Shown in pieces: positions 25,623 through 39,360 of a stretch of DNA of 64,000 nt. The position numbers and the translations under genes were made by a program. Source of the DNA: Octopus sinensis (lineage: Eukaryota); assembly GCF_006345805.1 (NCBI RefSeq), contig NC_043020.1, positions 30,938,001 through 31,002,000 on the forward strand, written 5' to 3'. Below the pieces are notes generated by a model. The model was not told the DNA's origin and made no database searches. It saw nothing but the letters and a program-made list of their open reading frames with translations. Numbering within the stretch: position 1 is the first letter of the stretch; every line of letters begins with the position of its first letter.

Positions 25623-25905
25623 ATCATTGGATAGCAGTTATGCTGGGGCACTACATTCACACACACATTTTTAACCAATTTCAGTCATTGAACATTGGCC
25701 ATACAGGAGCACCACACACCATCCCTTCATTTACAACTGATTTCAGTCACTGGACAGCGGTCATGTTGGAACACCACCGTAACACATGCATTTCTAACCA
25801 ATTCAGTCATTGGACAGCGGCCATGCTGGAGTACTGCTTTCATACATGCATTTTTTATGCCAGTCACTGAACAACAGCTATGCTGGGACACCACCTTCAC
25901 ATATA
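25623..25905. repeat. Five-unit, about 60-bp minisatellite derived from the family A SINE 3' end
   Basis: Units start near 25623, 25681, 25743, 25803 and 25861, each with degenerate 'cagtcattggacagcggccatgctggagcacc'. Confidence 0.75.
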
Positions 25906-26723
25906 CACAGTGTCTATTTAGTAATTTCCTAAATTTGATATACATTCAAATACCAATAGTGATGACACCTACTTTCAAATTTTTTTTATTTTATATCAAG
26001 AGAATCCTGTCTGTGTACTTGAGTAAATTATGGCATTTTGAGAGAATGGCTTGGTTTTGCTTTTCTTTTAAAATGTATTAAATTATCAATTTGAATATTT
26101 ATTTATTTAGTGGCACTGTCGCAATGTTGAAGACTCAGTCTTGAAGAATGTGCCGCATTCCTGTAAAAAATGCCCGCTGATTCCAATCCTATTTTCATCT
26201 AACTGTAGTTAGGTGACGTGTGTGTGTGTGTGTTGTCACAGTAAATATATAACATATTTAAGATTTTGCACCATCAACTTTATGAACTATGTATGTATGT
26301 ACATATATAAATCCATCCGCACATACACATGCACATATATGTGTGATGATGTCAGTAACTTGCTAGAAATTGCAGTCGATATTCACTCAAATCGCAACCT
26401 GCAGTTATTTATTTATTTATTTATTTAACCAAAAATGCAGAATGGTCATGGCTGGAATGTCTTTCATAAGGCTACTCGATTATGGCTGACCTGACACTCA
26501 ACAACAGATTACCTCTTGGTCAGACATTGCAAGTGAGAGGAGTCGACCAACGATCTCGATCGATAATGGATCATTTAAAAAGCAATGTTATTCTCATCAC
26601 ACAAATACAGCAGAAATTTTGAGTCCGGAAAAAAAATGATCCCTATCAGAAATTCCTTTTTCGCACAGACACACAGACACAAAGGAGGGTCGGACGAGGC
26701 GAGCGGGAAACTTTACAGCTTAC

Positions 26724-26788
26724 CAAATTCCATTTCCAGCAGCTCATAGCTGAAGTCTGTCAGGACAGACATTTGACATTCTTTCATA
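26724..26788 (-). CDS. Candidate 65-nt exon of an unidentified gene (MKECQMSVLTDFSYELLEMEF)
   Basis: Minus strand has a long T-rich tract ending ...ctccttaacag| and a donor TTTG|GTAAGC; one frame is open. No homology recognised. Confidence 0.35.
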
Positions 26789-27692
26789 CTGTTAAGGAGT
26801 CGATAAAAATGCCGAAATAAACAAATAAAATAAACGCGCAAGTAGCTGCGATCGATAACCATCATTACTAGCAAGTTATCGACGATATCAACCCACCCAC
26901 AATTATTTAAAAAAAACATGGGACCAAAGAGTAACACCTCTTCCTCGCCAGTCAACTTTCTAGAAAGGTGATCGCTTGGGCGGCTAAGAAATAGCAGCCA
27001 AATCTATGTAAAATCGCAACCTATCATGTTAGGAGGCGCATATAATATAATGACTTTAGAGATATATATGACGGTCTGGATACAAATTCTAAAGAACGAC
27101 GGAATGGTCATGGCTAGAATGCTTCCAATAGGTATTTCTACGCGATCCCAACCTACTCAGGGTTAAACCACAACAAAATAAAAATAGTTCTTTCTAGCGT
27201 TAGTGAAAAAAGAGTGTATTATTATTATTAGGTGTTATAGTGATATACAGCACTGGCTGGCAATGAACACTGTAAGTAAGAAGGCAAATACACACACCCA
27301 GAACATAATCCAAAATTGGATATGGAAAGAGCGTGAAAGCTACCTGGTTACAACAGGGTAAGTGCGCATGTGGGTGTGAACGCATACATAAAGGTGCTAG
27401 CGTGTATTTTCTTTAGTTTGTATCAGCCATCACGGTCACGGCCATGCTGGAGTACGGATCTTCAGAAAATGTAATGTACCCGTATAAATGTGCGTCAATT
27501 CGCAGAAGGCAAACAAGATTTTATTCAGACCAATAAATCTCCTTAAAAAAGAAGGGATCTAGCTGAGCATCACAGACACCTTGTTTGTTATCCCCCTTAC
27601 CTGTCTGTCTTGTTTTTTCTATAATGTTGAACCATATATATATATACATAAATACACACACGCACATTATTATCATTATTAATAATAATAAT

Positions 27693-27905
27693 AAGACGGC
27701 GAGCTGGCAGAGAATCGTTAGCACGCTGGGCAAACCGTATTTCGTCTGTCTTAACGTTCTGAGTTCAACTTTTACCGAGGTCGACTTTGTCTATCATCCT
27801 TTCGAGGTCGATAAAATAAGTGCCAGTAAAACACTGGAATCGATGTAATCGACTTATCCTTCTCCCAAAATGACTGCCCTTGTGGCAAAATGTGAAACCA
27901 TTATT
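27693..27905 (+). mobile_element. Family B SINE, CpG-intact copy
   Basis: 'gacggcgagctggcagagaatcgttagcacgctgggc...gttctgagttcaac...ccgaggtcgactttgtctatcatcctttcgaggtcgataaaataag'. Confidence 0.85.
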
Positions 27906-28181
27906 ATTATACGTAACACAAAAACCAAACAATACACACATATCAATAACGTGTATACAAATGTTTTTTTTTAGTCGTGTTTTAATAAAAACAATATTAA
28001 ATTAAGCAAAGTAACCGAAGGATTACTCAGAACTTTTTGTAAGGTCTTTCACAAGACTTAGGCAAGAGTTACGTTGGTTCGAGGGGTAGGGGTCAAAAAG
28101 ATTTTATCTAAAATCGTAAAGGGACGTATCTAACTACAGTGACACACAACTAGTGCATAGTTTCTTACATTGGTACACGCC

Positions 28182-28313
<132 letters not shown>

Positions 28314-28344
28314 TCATATATAGGTGTCAGTCATCATACCACAT

Positions 28345-28962
28345 TTCTCTTCTTTGTACGGCCACACCTCGAATACTGCTGCCCACTGTGGTCTCCCCAT
28401 ACAAGACAAAACATTTCAAGGATTGAATCACCCCAGAGGGCACTCACTAAACGAATTGAAGGCATGGCTGCTCTTGATTATTGGGACCGCCTTAAAGCCT
28501 TGAAACTCTACTCTCTCCAGCGTCGCCGTGAGCGGTACATCATTTGTACGATGTGGAGAACATACCGCCAACTTTGCCCAAACGACCTGAACATTAGCTT
28601 CAAGGTTCATCCTAGACTGGGACCACGGGCCAAACGTCCCCTGCCCAATTCAGGATCACAGCATATAGGTACACTGCAACATAATTTCTTTTCCTCAACA
28701 GGCCCTGTCCTGTTTAACATTGTCCCGAAAGAGATCAAAGAGGAAAAGGATCCCATCAACTTTAAACGGAGTCTGGATAGATTTCTTCAAGGAATACCGG
28801 ATAAGCCACCCATAACTGGATACAACTCACCCAACAAGAACTCACTACTTGAATGAACTATAAACAAAACTTGACTTAAACAGGATTTAGATAATCCTAT
28901 CAGGTGGTGCTATTAAGTTAGACATGGCCTGGACCAATCTTCGGTCGAAACATATCTAAGTT
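28345..28962 (+). mobile_element. CR1-clade LINE 3' fragment
   Basis: VRPHLEYCCPLWSPH...IESPQRALTKRI...YWDRLKALKLYSLQRRRERY...FKRSLDRFL, followed by a 3' UTR shared with 54079-54180. Confidence 0.92.
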
Positions 28963-28975
28963 TATATAAATATAT

Positions 28976-29043
<68 letters not shown>

Positions 29044-29046
29044 GAG

Positions 29047-29091
<45 letters not shown>

Positions 29092-29175
29092 TATATTATA
29101 TATAGAGATATATACATATATATATATATTATATATAGAGATATATACATATATATATATATATTATATATAGAG

Positions 29176-29242
<67 letters not shown>

Positions 29243-29774
29243 AGTAGTTGAATGAATTATCTTGTTATGGATAATTCGGCTAACCGATACCTGGGTAGCA
29301 AATTCACATCAGAGAAGACATGTTTGAAGTTACGTGCTTTCGTGTGGAAATTTGTATGTTTTTGTAAATATAAATATAAATTTAAGTAAATATAAATTTA
29401 CTTATATTTATATTCTCTTTTATATATATTCTACTTATTACACGTACACTTTTTATGTACACTACTGTATGTACACTGATTTGTTCTGCTTTTTATATGT
29501 AACCCTACAGTCTCTTATGTGGTGGTTTAATAAAGCATGTGATTGAGTATTATCTGGTAATTGATATTTGATTTAGATGTATTTCTCCATTTTCTTATCT
29601 TGTATTAGTAATTTGTGGTAAATCATTTTACCTTTGCCCATATAATACAGTAAATGAATTGATTGCATCGCAATCATTAACATTTATGTATTAACTTTGT
29701 TGGGTACTTCACTAGCAGTATATTGGATATATGTTATCCCATGGAGGGTTGCATTTACAACCCCTATCTCAATT

Positions 29775-29812
<38 letters not shown>

Positions 29813-29917
29813 AGATACATAGACAGACAGACAGACAGACAGACAGATAGATAGATAAATAGATATAAAAATATATATTATATATAGATATATATATATA
29901 AATATATATATGTAGAT

Positions 29918-30986
29918 TGACCAAGTCAGTAGCGGGGGTGGGTGCACTGAAAGTGTAGCTGCTAGAATAGGAATAGCCTGGGCAAAGTTCAGAGAGCTCT
30001 TACCTCTGCTGGTGACAAAGGCCCTCTCGCTCAGAGTAAAAAGTAGACTGTATGACGCATGTGTACGAACAGCCATGCTACATGGCAGTGAAACATGGGC
30101 CGTGACTGCTGAGGACATGCGTAAGCTCATGAGGAATGAAGCCAGTATGCTCTGATGGATGTGTAATGTCAGTGTGCGCACTCGACAGAGTGTAAGTACC
30201 TTGAGAGAAAAGTTGGACCTAAGAAGCATCAGATGTAGTGTGCAAGAGAGATGACTGCACTGGTATGGTCATGTGGCGAGAATAGATAAAGATAGCTGTG
30301 TGAAAAAGTGCCACACGCTAGCGGTTGAGGGAACCTGTGGAAGAGGAAAACCCAGGAAGATCTGGGATGAAGTGGTGAAGCACGACCTTCAAACATTAGG
30401 CCTGCCCGAGGCAATGACTAGTAACTGAGACTTTTGGAAATATGCTGTGCTTGAGAAGACCCAGCAAGCCAAATGAGACTATAACCTTGTGGCCGATGCC
30501 AGGGGTGTAACCAGCCAACTTATGCGTACCTTCCCTTCATTGGACACCGCTTGTGAAGACCTGTTGAGGCAAGTGAAATTGGAATCAAATTCGATGACTG
30601 GCATCCGTACTAGTGGAGCACTAAGAGCACCATCTGAGCGTGATCGTTGCCAGAGCGGCTAACTGGCTTCCATGCCAGTGGCACGTAAAAAGCACCATTC
30701 GAGCATGATCATTACCAGTGTCGCCTTAATGGCATTTGTACAGGTGACACGCAAAAAATAAAAAAAACAATTTTTTCATGGCCATTGCCAATACCGCCTG
30801 ACTGGCCCTCATGCCGGTGGCACGTAAGAGCACCCAATACACTCTCGGAGTGGTTGGCATCAGGAAGGGCATCCTGCTGTAGAAAATATGCCAGATCAAG
30901 ATGGAGCCTGCTGCAGCCATCTGGTTCGCCAGTCCTCACACAAATCGTCCAACCCATGCTAGCGGACGTTAAACGATGATGATGAT
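29918..30986 (+). mobile_element. RTE-X-like LINE 3' fragment with long 3' UTR and (GAT)n tail
   Basis: DQVSSGGGC...RIGIAWAKFRELLPLL...LYDACVRTAMLHGSETWA...WYGHVAR...RGKPRKIWDEVVKHDL (internal stops), then about 500 nt of UTR ending 'ggacgttaaacgatgatgat'. Confidence 0.92.
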
Positions 30987-30987
30987 A

Positions 30988-31038
<51 letters not shown>

Positions 31039-31185
31039 ATATATATATATAACTATATAGATATATATATATATAAGATACATATATAACATATATATAT
31101 AATATATACATATATACATACCTATATATATATATATTTTTTTTCTAGTTTCAGCTCAGAGCTGCGGCCATGCTGATGCACTGCC

Positions 31186-31187
<2 letters not shown>

Positions 31188-31227
<40 letters not shown>

Positions 31228-31284
31228 TTATAGATATATATATATCTATATACATACCTATATATATATATATCTATATACATA

Positions 31285-31320
<36 letters not shown>

Positions 31321-31342
31321 CCTATATATATATATACATACC

Positions 31343-31377
<35 letters not shown>

Positions 31378-31408
31378 ATATACATACCTATATATATATA
31401 TACATACC

Positions 31409-31443
<35 letters not shown>

Positions 31444-31508
31444 ATATACATACCTATATATATATATATATACATACCTATATATATATATATATATCTA
31501 TATACATA

Positions 31509-31577
<69 letters not shown>

Positions 31578-31587
31578 ATATACATAC

Positions 31588-31620
<33 letters not shown>

Positions 31621-31752
31621 CCTATATATATATATACATACCTAAATATATATATATATATATCTATATACATACCTATATATATATATATACATACCTA
31701 TATACATACCTATATATATATATATACATACCTATATATATATATACATACC

Positions 31753-31787
<35 letters not shown>

Positions 31788-31817
31788 ATATACATACCTA
31801 TATATATATATACATAC

Positions 31818-31852
<35 letters not shown>

Positions 31853-32469
31853 ATATACATACCTATATATATATATATATATACATACCTATATATATAT
31901 ATATATATATACATACCTATATATATATATATATATATACATACCTATATATATATATATCTATATACATACCTATATATATATATATATACATACCTAT
32001 ATATATATATCTATATACATACCTATATATATATATATACTACCTATATATATATATATATATATACATACCTATATATATATATATATATATATACATA
32101 CCTATATATATATATATATATACATACCTATATATATATATATATATACATACCTATATATATATATATATATACTACCTATATATATATATATACATAC
32201 CTATATATATATATATACATACCTATATATATATATACATACCTATATATATATATACATACCTATATATATATACATACCTATATATATATACATACCT
32301 ATATATATATATATACATACCTATATATATATATATACATACCTATATATATATATATATATACATACCTATATATATATATATATATACATACCTATAT
32401 ATATATATATATATACATACCTATATATATATATATATATATATACCTATATATATATATATATATACC

Positions 32470-32500
<31 letters not shown>

Positions 32501-32697
32501 ATATATATATATATATATATATACCTATATATATATATATATATATACCTATATATATATATATATATATATATACATACATACCTATATATATATATAC
32601 ATACCTATATATATACATACCTATATATATATATATATATATACCTATATATATATATATATATACATACCTATATATATATATATATATATACATA

Positions 32698-32735
<38 letters not shown>

Positions 32736-32745
32736 CCTATATATA

Positions 32746-32776
<31 letters not shown>

Positions 32777-32867
32777 CCTATATATATATATACATACCTA
32801 TATAAATATATATATATATATATATATACATACCTATATAATATATATATATATATATACATACATA

Positions 32868-32913
<46 letters not shown>

Positions 32914-32917
32914 CATA

Positions 32918-32969
<52 letters not shown>

Positions 32970-32977
32970 CATACATA

Positions 32978-33029
<52 letters not shown>

Positions 33030-33059
33030 CCTATATATATACATACATACCTATATATA

Positions 33060-33090
<31 letters not shown>

Positions 33091-33104
33091 CATACCTATA
33101 TATA

Positions 33105-33146
<42 letters not shown>
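31188..33146. repeat. About 2-kb compound microsatellite, (TA)n punctuated by CATACC/TACC
   Basis: Directly visible; it produces the artefactual 645-aa I/Y ORF. Confidence 0.97.
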
Positions 33147-33147
<1 letters not shown>

Positions 33148-35899
33148 ATCGACAAAGTGATGGAATGACTATTAGAAATTCCTGGCAATGGGGGCGAGCA
33201 GAAAGATTCGAGGTAAAACACTCTGGATAGATTGTAATTTACGTTATCAAGTCCAGTTCCGTAATATTCCTGCAGTTGATTCATAACAAAGGCATCAGAG
33301 ATATTGTTTAGAGGGGAGTAGGATTCGATTTTATCGACCTTATTACATAACTAGAACTTGTTTTAGCGACCCTGGAAGGATGAAAGACAAAACTACAAAC
33401 TCACATCCTAGTGTGTGTATTCATATACTACGTATATATATATATATACATGTATAACGTATGAGTGTGCATGTGTGTATATGTGTAGCGACTTTATGGA
33501 GACGATCCTGACCAGCGAACATAATTTTAAATACCATAATGACAACAACGCTAATGTTGATTTATCAAACTTAAAAGTACAAAGGGCCCCCACCCACCCC
33601 CCACCCCCGAAGATTCGGAAGAAAGGGGTTCAGCAATAGAAGATCTTTTTTCTTTTTCTTTTTCTTTTTTTGTGCTTTTCAATGAGTAGAATTATTCTCT
33701 CTGAAACATGAAAACTCCCAAAGAATACAAAGTAGGTCAACTTTATCAGGGTTAACCAGGGCTAACACAGCAACAGCAAGAAGAGAGGAAAGAGAGAAAT
33801 AAAGAGTTGAGATATGATGGAAACAATGGAGGGACAGAAAAAAGGGGAGGGAGGCCGTATAAATTAACCTTTAAACTTTCATCTACCTCTGCTATGCCTG
33901 GTTGTTAATCCAAAAATAAAGAATATATTTATCAAACAAATGCGTTGTTAAGCACTCTCTCATTGTTGGTCACTATCGTATCATACGAGTGTGTATATGT
34001 ATGTAAATATGTATATATACTTGTGGGAGAGTGTGTGTATATATATATATATTAGAAGAAATGAGGTACTCAGAAAATCGGATGGTTTTATATTCACAGA
34101 TATTTAGTTGTATATTACATGTTTTTATACATCATATAACTTAGATCATGTATTAGTGCTTTCTCCCATTCTAGTGGGGTTATATACATATATACACACA
34201 CACACACGCCTACAATATATAGTGAAAATCTTAATGGTCGAAACAGAACCAACCGTTGCAGAATACAAAGTACTAAATACTGGTGGGTAAAGTGAAAAAA
34301 GCTTCATCACAAATCGATATTTACAGATGACAATACTGTTTCTTTAATACTCTTCAGAAATATGTTGAATTCATACCCCACTCCCAACATGTCTCTCGCT
34401 CTCTCTTTATATATATATATAGGTAAGTGGCGAGTGCTGAACACCACAATGATGAATAGCCTTAAAACACACAAATATCCAATATATATATACATAGATA
34501 CATAGTGGGTGGGACGAAATGAGGTGTTTTTACTGCAAATGTTTATTACCTTACAAGTAAATGGCCTTCCCTAAATGTACAAAAACAGAATTTCATCAAT
34601 AATTAAGATAATTATTGTCGTTCTCTTTGAGCATATAAAAGACAAATTTGGCTGAGGTAAAATGAGTAACCCAAGATAAGTTAAATTTGCTTCGTTATTT
34701 CCCAGAAAACAGATTCATAAGCATCCCTAGACAGCAGAAAGATCAGAAATGCCAAAAAATTTTTTAACCATCTAGGTCAAATGAAAGAGGATCAGGGAAA
34801 ACTGGCACATGATATGAAATTAATGAAACTCGTCTAGCTTCTTCATGATGTGTTTGAGTGTCCTCTTCATGACATATTTACTTATCATGCAGTTTAAGAG
34901 AAGAAATTATTGAAATTAGACATTACTCATTTCACCTCATTTTAGACATCCTTTTTTGAAACTTGAAAATTACTGAATTAGACATTAATCTGGGAAAAAA
35001 ACTGACTTGGAATCCAACAGAGAAAAGGATACTGATTGTAAAACACCAAAAATTATCAAGATATTTGATTAGTAACCTCAATTGCAATCAGATAAAAGTA
35101 GAGGAAAATTTTCTTGAAAAGAGAGGAAACTGCCACCTGACTATGTTTTGGACTCTCAACTTCAGCAACAACTATGGTGACCAATTTTTACTCCTAAAAA
35201 TGATGCACAGTATAAAATAACAATGCGATATTTGCAGACTTATGATTTCAAACAAGTAGGGAGAAAATAACAGAAATCAGAAGTTACTCATTTTGCTCCC
35301 CACCCCTCACCAATATAAAATGCAAAACTCATCTGGACTTTTTTAAAAAAATGGTTTATTTATAAATTTTCTGCAACATATTCTTAAACTATACTTTTCA
35401 AAACATATCTCCAGAAAATTCCATTAAAAAATATACACATTTAGGAAAGTTATATAGAAAAACAAACACAAAGAGGAAAGCAATCTACAGTTATACCACA
35501 CACACACACTCGTAATAAATATAATTCTAAATGAACTGTAATTGCTTGGGTAGAGGACAGTGTTTTAAATTAAATACTAAAAATACAATGCAGGTAGAGA
35601 CCTTAAAGAGTGACTGACCTTTTCACACACACACACATATATATACACTTGTATTCATGGTAAATGCATGTAAAGACTTAAAAATATATTTATGCAACCG
35701 TAGAGTGTATAAATATGTGCACACACATAATGTAAGATTTAATAGAAACTTTCAAGTCTTAGCTACATTGTATCTTAGAGCTATACATTAAATGTATATG
35801 TTGCACATGTGACTGAATACAAATACATAATATTCACACACACACATATATTTTACTTGTCTCCGTCATTAGACTGTAGTCATACTGGGACACTACCTT

Positions 35900-36230
35900 C
35901 TTTCAGTTTCTGTCAACCAAATTTAGAAGACTTTGTCGGCTTGAGGCTATAGTTGAAGTTACCTCCCCAAAGGGCCATGCATTGGGGCAGAACCCGGAAG
36001 CATGCGGTTGGAAAGCAAACTTCGTACCACACAGCCACACCTGCGCATATAACATAGATAGATTGATAGATACAGACATACTGGCGCATGTGTGTGTGGT
36101 AAGAAGTTTGCTTTCCAGCCACATGGTTTCAAGTCCAGCCCCACTGCATGACACCTTGCGCAAGTGTCTTCTATTATAGCCCCAGGCCAACCAAAGCCAT
36201 GTGAGTGGATCTGGCAAAATGAAACTGAGA
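35900..36230. mobile_element. Inverted pair of family A SINE heads
   Basis: 35900-36045 (minus) and 36085-36230 (plus) are homologous in opposite orientation with about 40 nt of spacer. Confidence 0.8.
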
Positions 36231-36819
36231 AACACTCACTGTGTGTATTACTATCTCCTTGACTTCATGTGATAGTTGTAAACAAATGTCACCATCATCC
36301 AAGAGTTGTCCTCTGCTTCCAGGCTTCCATGGAAACAGGTGAGCTTTTGTGATAGGAAAGGCACCTGGCTGTAAAAAAACGCATTTCAACAAATTCCATC
36401 CAATCCAATCAAGCATGGAAAAGTAGACGTTAAAAGAATGATTGTGACAATGATATACATGGAAAAGTTTAACTATCACTCATAATCAAGTATGACCGAG
36501 TAGTTTGTATGCACCATGCTTTAGCTAATTGTTTTAGGTACCATCTCAGTTGCAAAGAGACCTAGACACACACTCAACCATCTCAGCATTGATCCAGCAG
36601 AACATTGACAGTGTGACAGCTGGAGGAGAGAGGGGTCTGCACCAACACTTAATTTGTACTCATTTTTGGCTGAGTAAACTGAAGCAATGTGAAATACTGT
36701 GCCAGCTCAAGGACACAAGGAGCCTTCCAATCCAAGAAGCAAACTCATGACCTTAACTGTGAGCCCATAAGTATGCATAAATATATCTACTAGTGTATAT
36801 ATACAGACACATACATATA

Positions 36820-37190
36820 CACATATATTTCTTTATCTTGTACTTGTTTCAGTTATTAAACAGTAGCCATGCTGGGGCGCTGCCTTGAAGAATTTTAGTT
36901 GAACAAATAGACCAAGTACTTATTCTATTAGTCTTTTTTGCTGAACTGCTAATTTATGGGAACATAAACACACCAACACTGGTTGTGAAGTGATGGTGGG
37001 GGACAAACACTGACACACACACATATATATACACAACGGGCTTCATTCAGTTTCCGTCAACTAAATCCACTCACAAGGCTTTGGTTGGTCCAAAGCTAGA
37101 GTAGAAGACACTTGTTCAAAGTGAAATGCAGTAGGACTGAACTTGGAACTATGTGGTTGGGAAACAAGCTTCTTACCACACAGCCATGCA
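36820..37190 (-). mobile_element. Family A SINE, complete
   Basis: Tail, internal (CA)n and head all present in reverse orientation. Confidence 0.85.
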
Positions 37191-37279
37191 CACTATAAAT
37201 ACATATCACCATTATCCCACTTTTCTATGCCTGTATGAATTAGCAGGCCCTCTTCAAAGCAGATCCCACCATTTGCACA

Positions 37280-37620
37280 TTCCTTTGTGAAACCCTTTAT
37301 CACCTTCAGTACTCTGAGATCAGCTTTCACTACCCCTGTCTATGCTTTCCTTCCTCACCCACAGTTCCACATAGATACCCTAACGCTTCTTTGCCCAGTT
37401 GTCATCTGTACCCACAACATATCCATACTAATGCAGTCATCTCTCTTGCACATTACATATATTTCTTCTTACGTTTCTGCTTACACCCAGTTTTTATCTC
37501 AGCTTTTCTGTGCCATGTTCTTCATACACAACATCACACATCCAGCAGAGCATACTTGCTTCATTTCCTTTCAACCTACACACATCTTCTGCATTCAGTG
37601 ATTGCAGCGCAGTATGTACA
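37280..37620 (-). pseudogene. Old, heavily decayed RTE-X-like ORF fragment
   Basis: 'gcagtcatctctcttgcacattacat' and surrounding sequence align by eye to the C-terminal ORF of the copies at 30200-30400 and 38450-38750. Confidence 0.55.
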
Positions 37621-37912
37621 CAAGCATTGTGCAATCAACCCTTTACACAGAGAGAATAATCTTGTCGGGTCAGCAGAAATAATAGCTCCCTGAACTTCCT
37701 CTCGGCTACTATGAGATACTAAGGAAACCCAAATACCGTCAGAGATAATTGGATTGCCCCAGTACAAGTGAGTTACCAAAGTAACAGAAGCTATCATCTG
37801 CATTCACAGAATATTCCAAGTATTGGAAAAAGTTTATTTTGCAGGTGCTCTGGCTGCTAACTACTCCTGCAAGCTGTCACATACAAACTCTTCATTCGTG
37901 GCCAGCTAGACT

Positions 37913-39008
37913 ATCATCATCATCATCATCATCATCGTTTAGCATCCGCTTTCCATGCTAGCATGGGTTGGACGGTTCTACTGGGGTCTGTGAAGCCAGA
38001 AGGCTTCATCAGGCCCAGTCAAATCTGGCAGTGTTTCTACGGCTGGATGCCCTTCCTAACGCCAACCACTCCGTGAGTGTAGTGGGTGCTTTTTACGTGC
38101 CACCCGTACAGGTGCCAGACAGAGCTGGCAAACGGCCACGAACGGATGGTGCTTTTTACGTGCCACCGGCACGAGGCCAGTCGGGGCAGCACTGGCAACA
38201 GTCGCGAAACGGAAGGTTCTCTTACATGCCACCGGCACTGGTAACACATCTGCAATTTCCATTGATCGATTTCGATTCTGATCCTCACTTGCCTCAACAG
38301 GTCTTCACAAGTAGAGTTTTGTGTCCCAAGAAGGGAAGGTATGCATACGTAGGCTGGCTCCATCCCATGTAGAAGGCCACGGGTTATGGACTCACTTGTC
38401 CTGCCGGGTCTTCTCACGCACAGCACACTTCCAGAGGTCTCGGTCTCTAGTCATTTCCTCAGTGAGACCTAAAGTTCGAAGGTCGTGCTTCACCACCTCG
38501 TCCCAGGTTTTCCTGGGTCTGCCTCTTCCGCAGGTTCCCTCAACCGTTAGGGTGTGGCACTTTTTCACACAACTATCTTCATCCATTCTCGCCACATGAC
38601 CATACCAGCGCAAACGTCTCTCTTGCACACCACAACTGATGCTTCTTAGGTTCAGCTTTTCTCTGAAGGTACTTACACTCTGCCGAGTATGAGTACTGAC
38701 ATTACACATCCATTGGAGAATACTGGCTTCATTTCTTGCGAGCTTACGCATGTCCTCAGCAGTCACGGCCCATGTTTCACTGCCATGTAGCATGGCTGTT
38801 CGTACACACGCATCATACAGTCTGCCTTTCACTCTGTGCAAGAGGCCTTTTGTCACCAGCAGAGGTAAGAGCTCTCTGAACTTTGACCAAGCTATTCTTA
38901 CTCTAGCAGTTACACTTTCAGCACACCCACCCCCGCTGCTGACTTGGTCACCTAGGTAACGGAAACTATCAACTATTTCTAGTTTTTCTCCCTGGAAAGT
39001 GGCGGAAG
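37913..39008 (-). mobile_element. RTE-X-like LINE 3' fragment (younger copy)
   Basis: LEIVDSFRYLGDQVSSGGGC...; ORF 38392-38856 LYDACVRTAMLHGSETW...RRLRWYGHVARM...RGRPRKTWDEVVKHDL; 3' UTR and (GAT)n tail at 37913-37935. Confidence 0.93.
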
Positions 39009-39360
39009 TTGGTCTCAGAGCATTTTCAGTGTTTGTCCAAAGCCCTTTACAGGAACACCAAGACTAGGGGAATCTACTCTCCAGCTAGAGATCTGAACCA
39101 AATACTTGCAACAGTAGACTCCACATAAGGCACCAAAAATGCCTGGTAGTAATGTTAAATCAGGTGATAGATCTTTACTATCCAAATAAGCTATGGTGCA
39201 ATTTGAACTCAGAATGCAATTAACCAGAAGAAATACTGCAAGACTTTGATTTAACTTTCTTCCTGTTTTGTCATTCTTCTGTCCTGGATCAATAGTTTTT
39301 GCCATCAGCTGTGAATGGATAAAATGTAAAGTTTCCCCACGGAATGCAGAGTTCAAGGCA

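Noticed and set aside
25623-25905. CRISPR-like repeat-spacer appearance
   Set aside because: Eukaryotic context, highly degenerate repeats derived from a SINE end, mutually related spacers and no cas genes.
27693-27780. Functional tRNA genes in SINE heads (also 3215, 45890, 60520)
   Set aside because: A/B-box-like motifs continue directly into SINE bodies and do not close a cloverleaf.
31170-33107. 645-aa ORF and the many other I/Y/H/T/C/V-rich ORFs (e.g. 10714, 11067, 17470, 28962, 47047, 56262)
   Set aside because: They are translations of (TA)n, (CA)n and (TG)n microsatellites, which lack stop codons in some frames.
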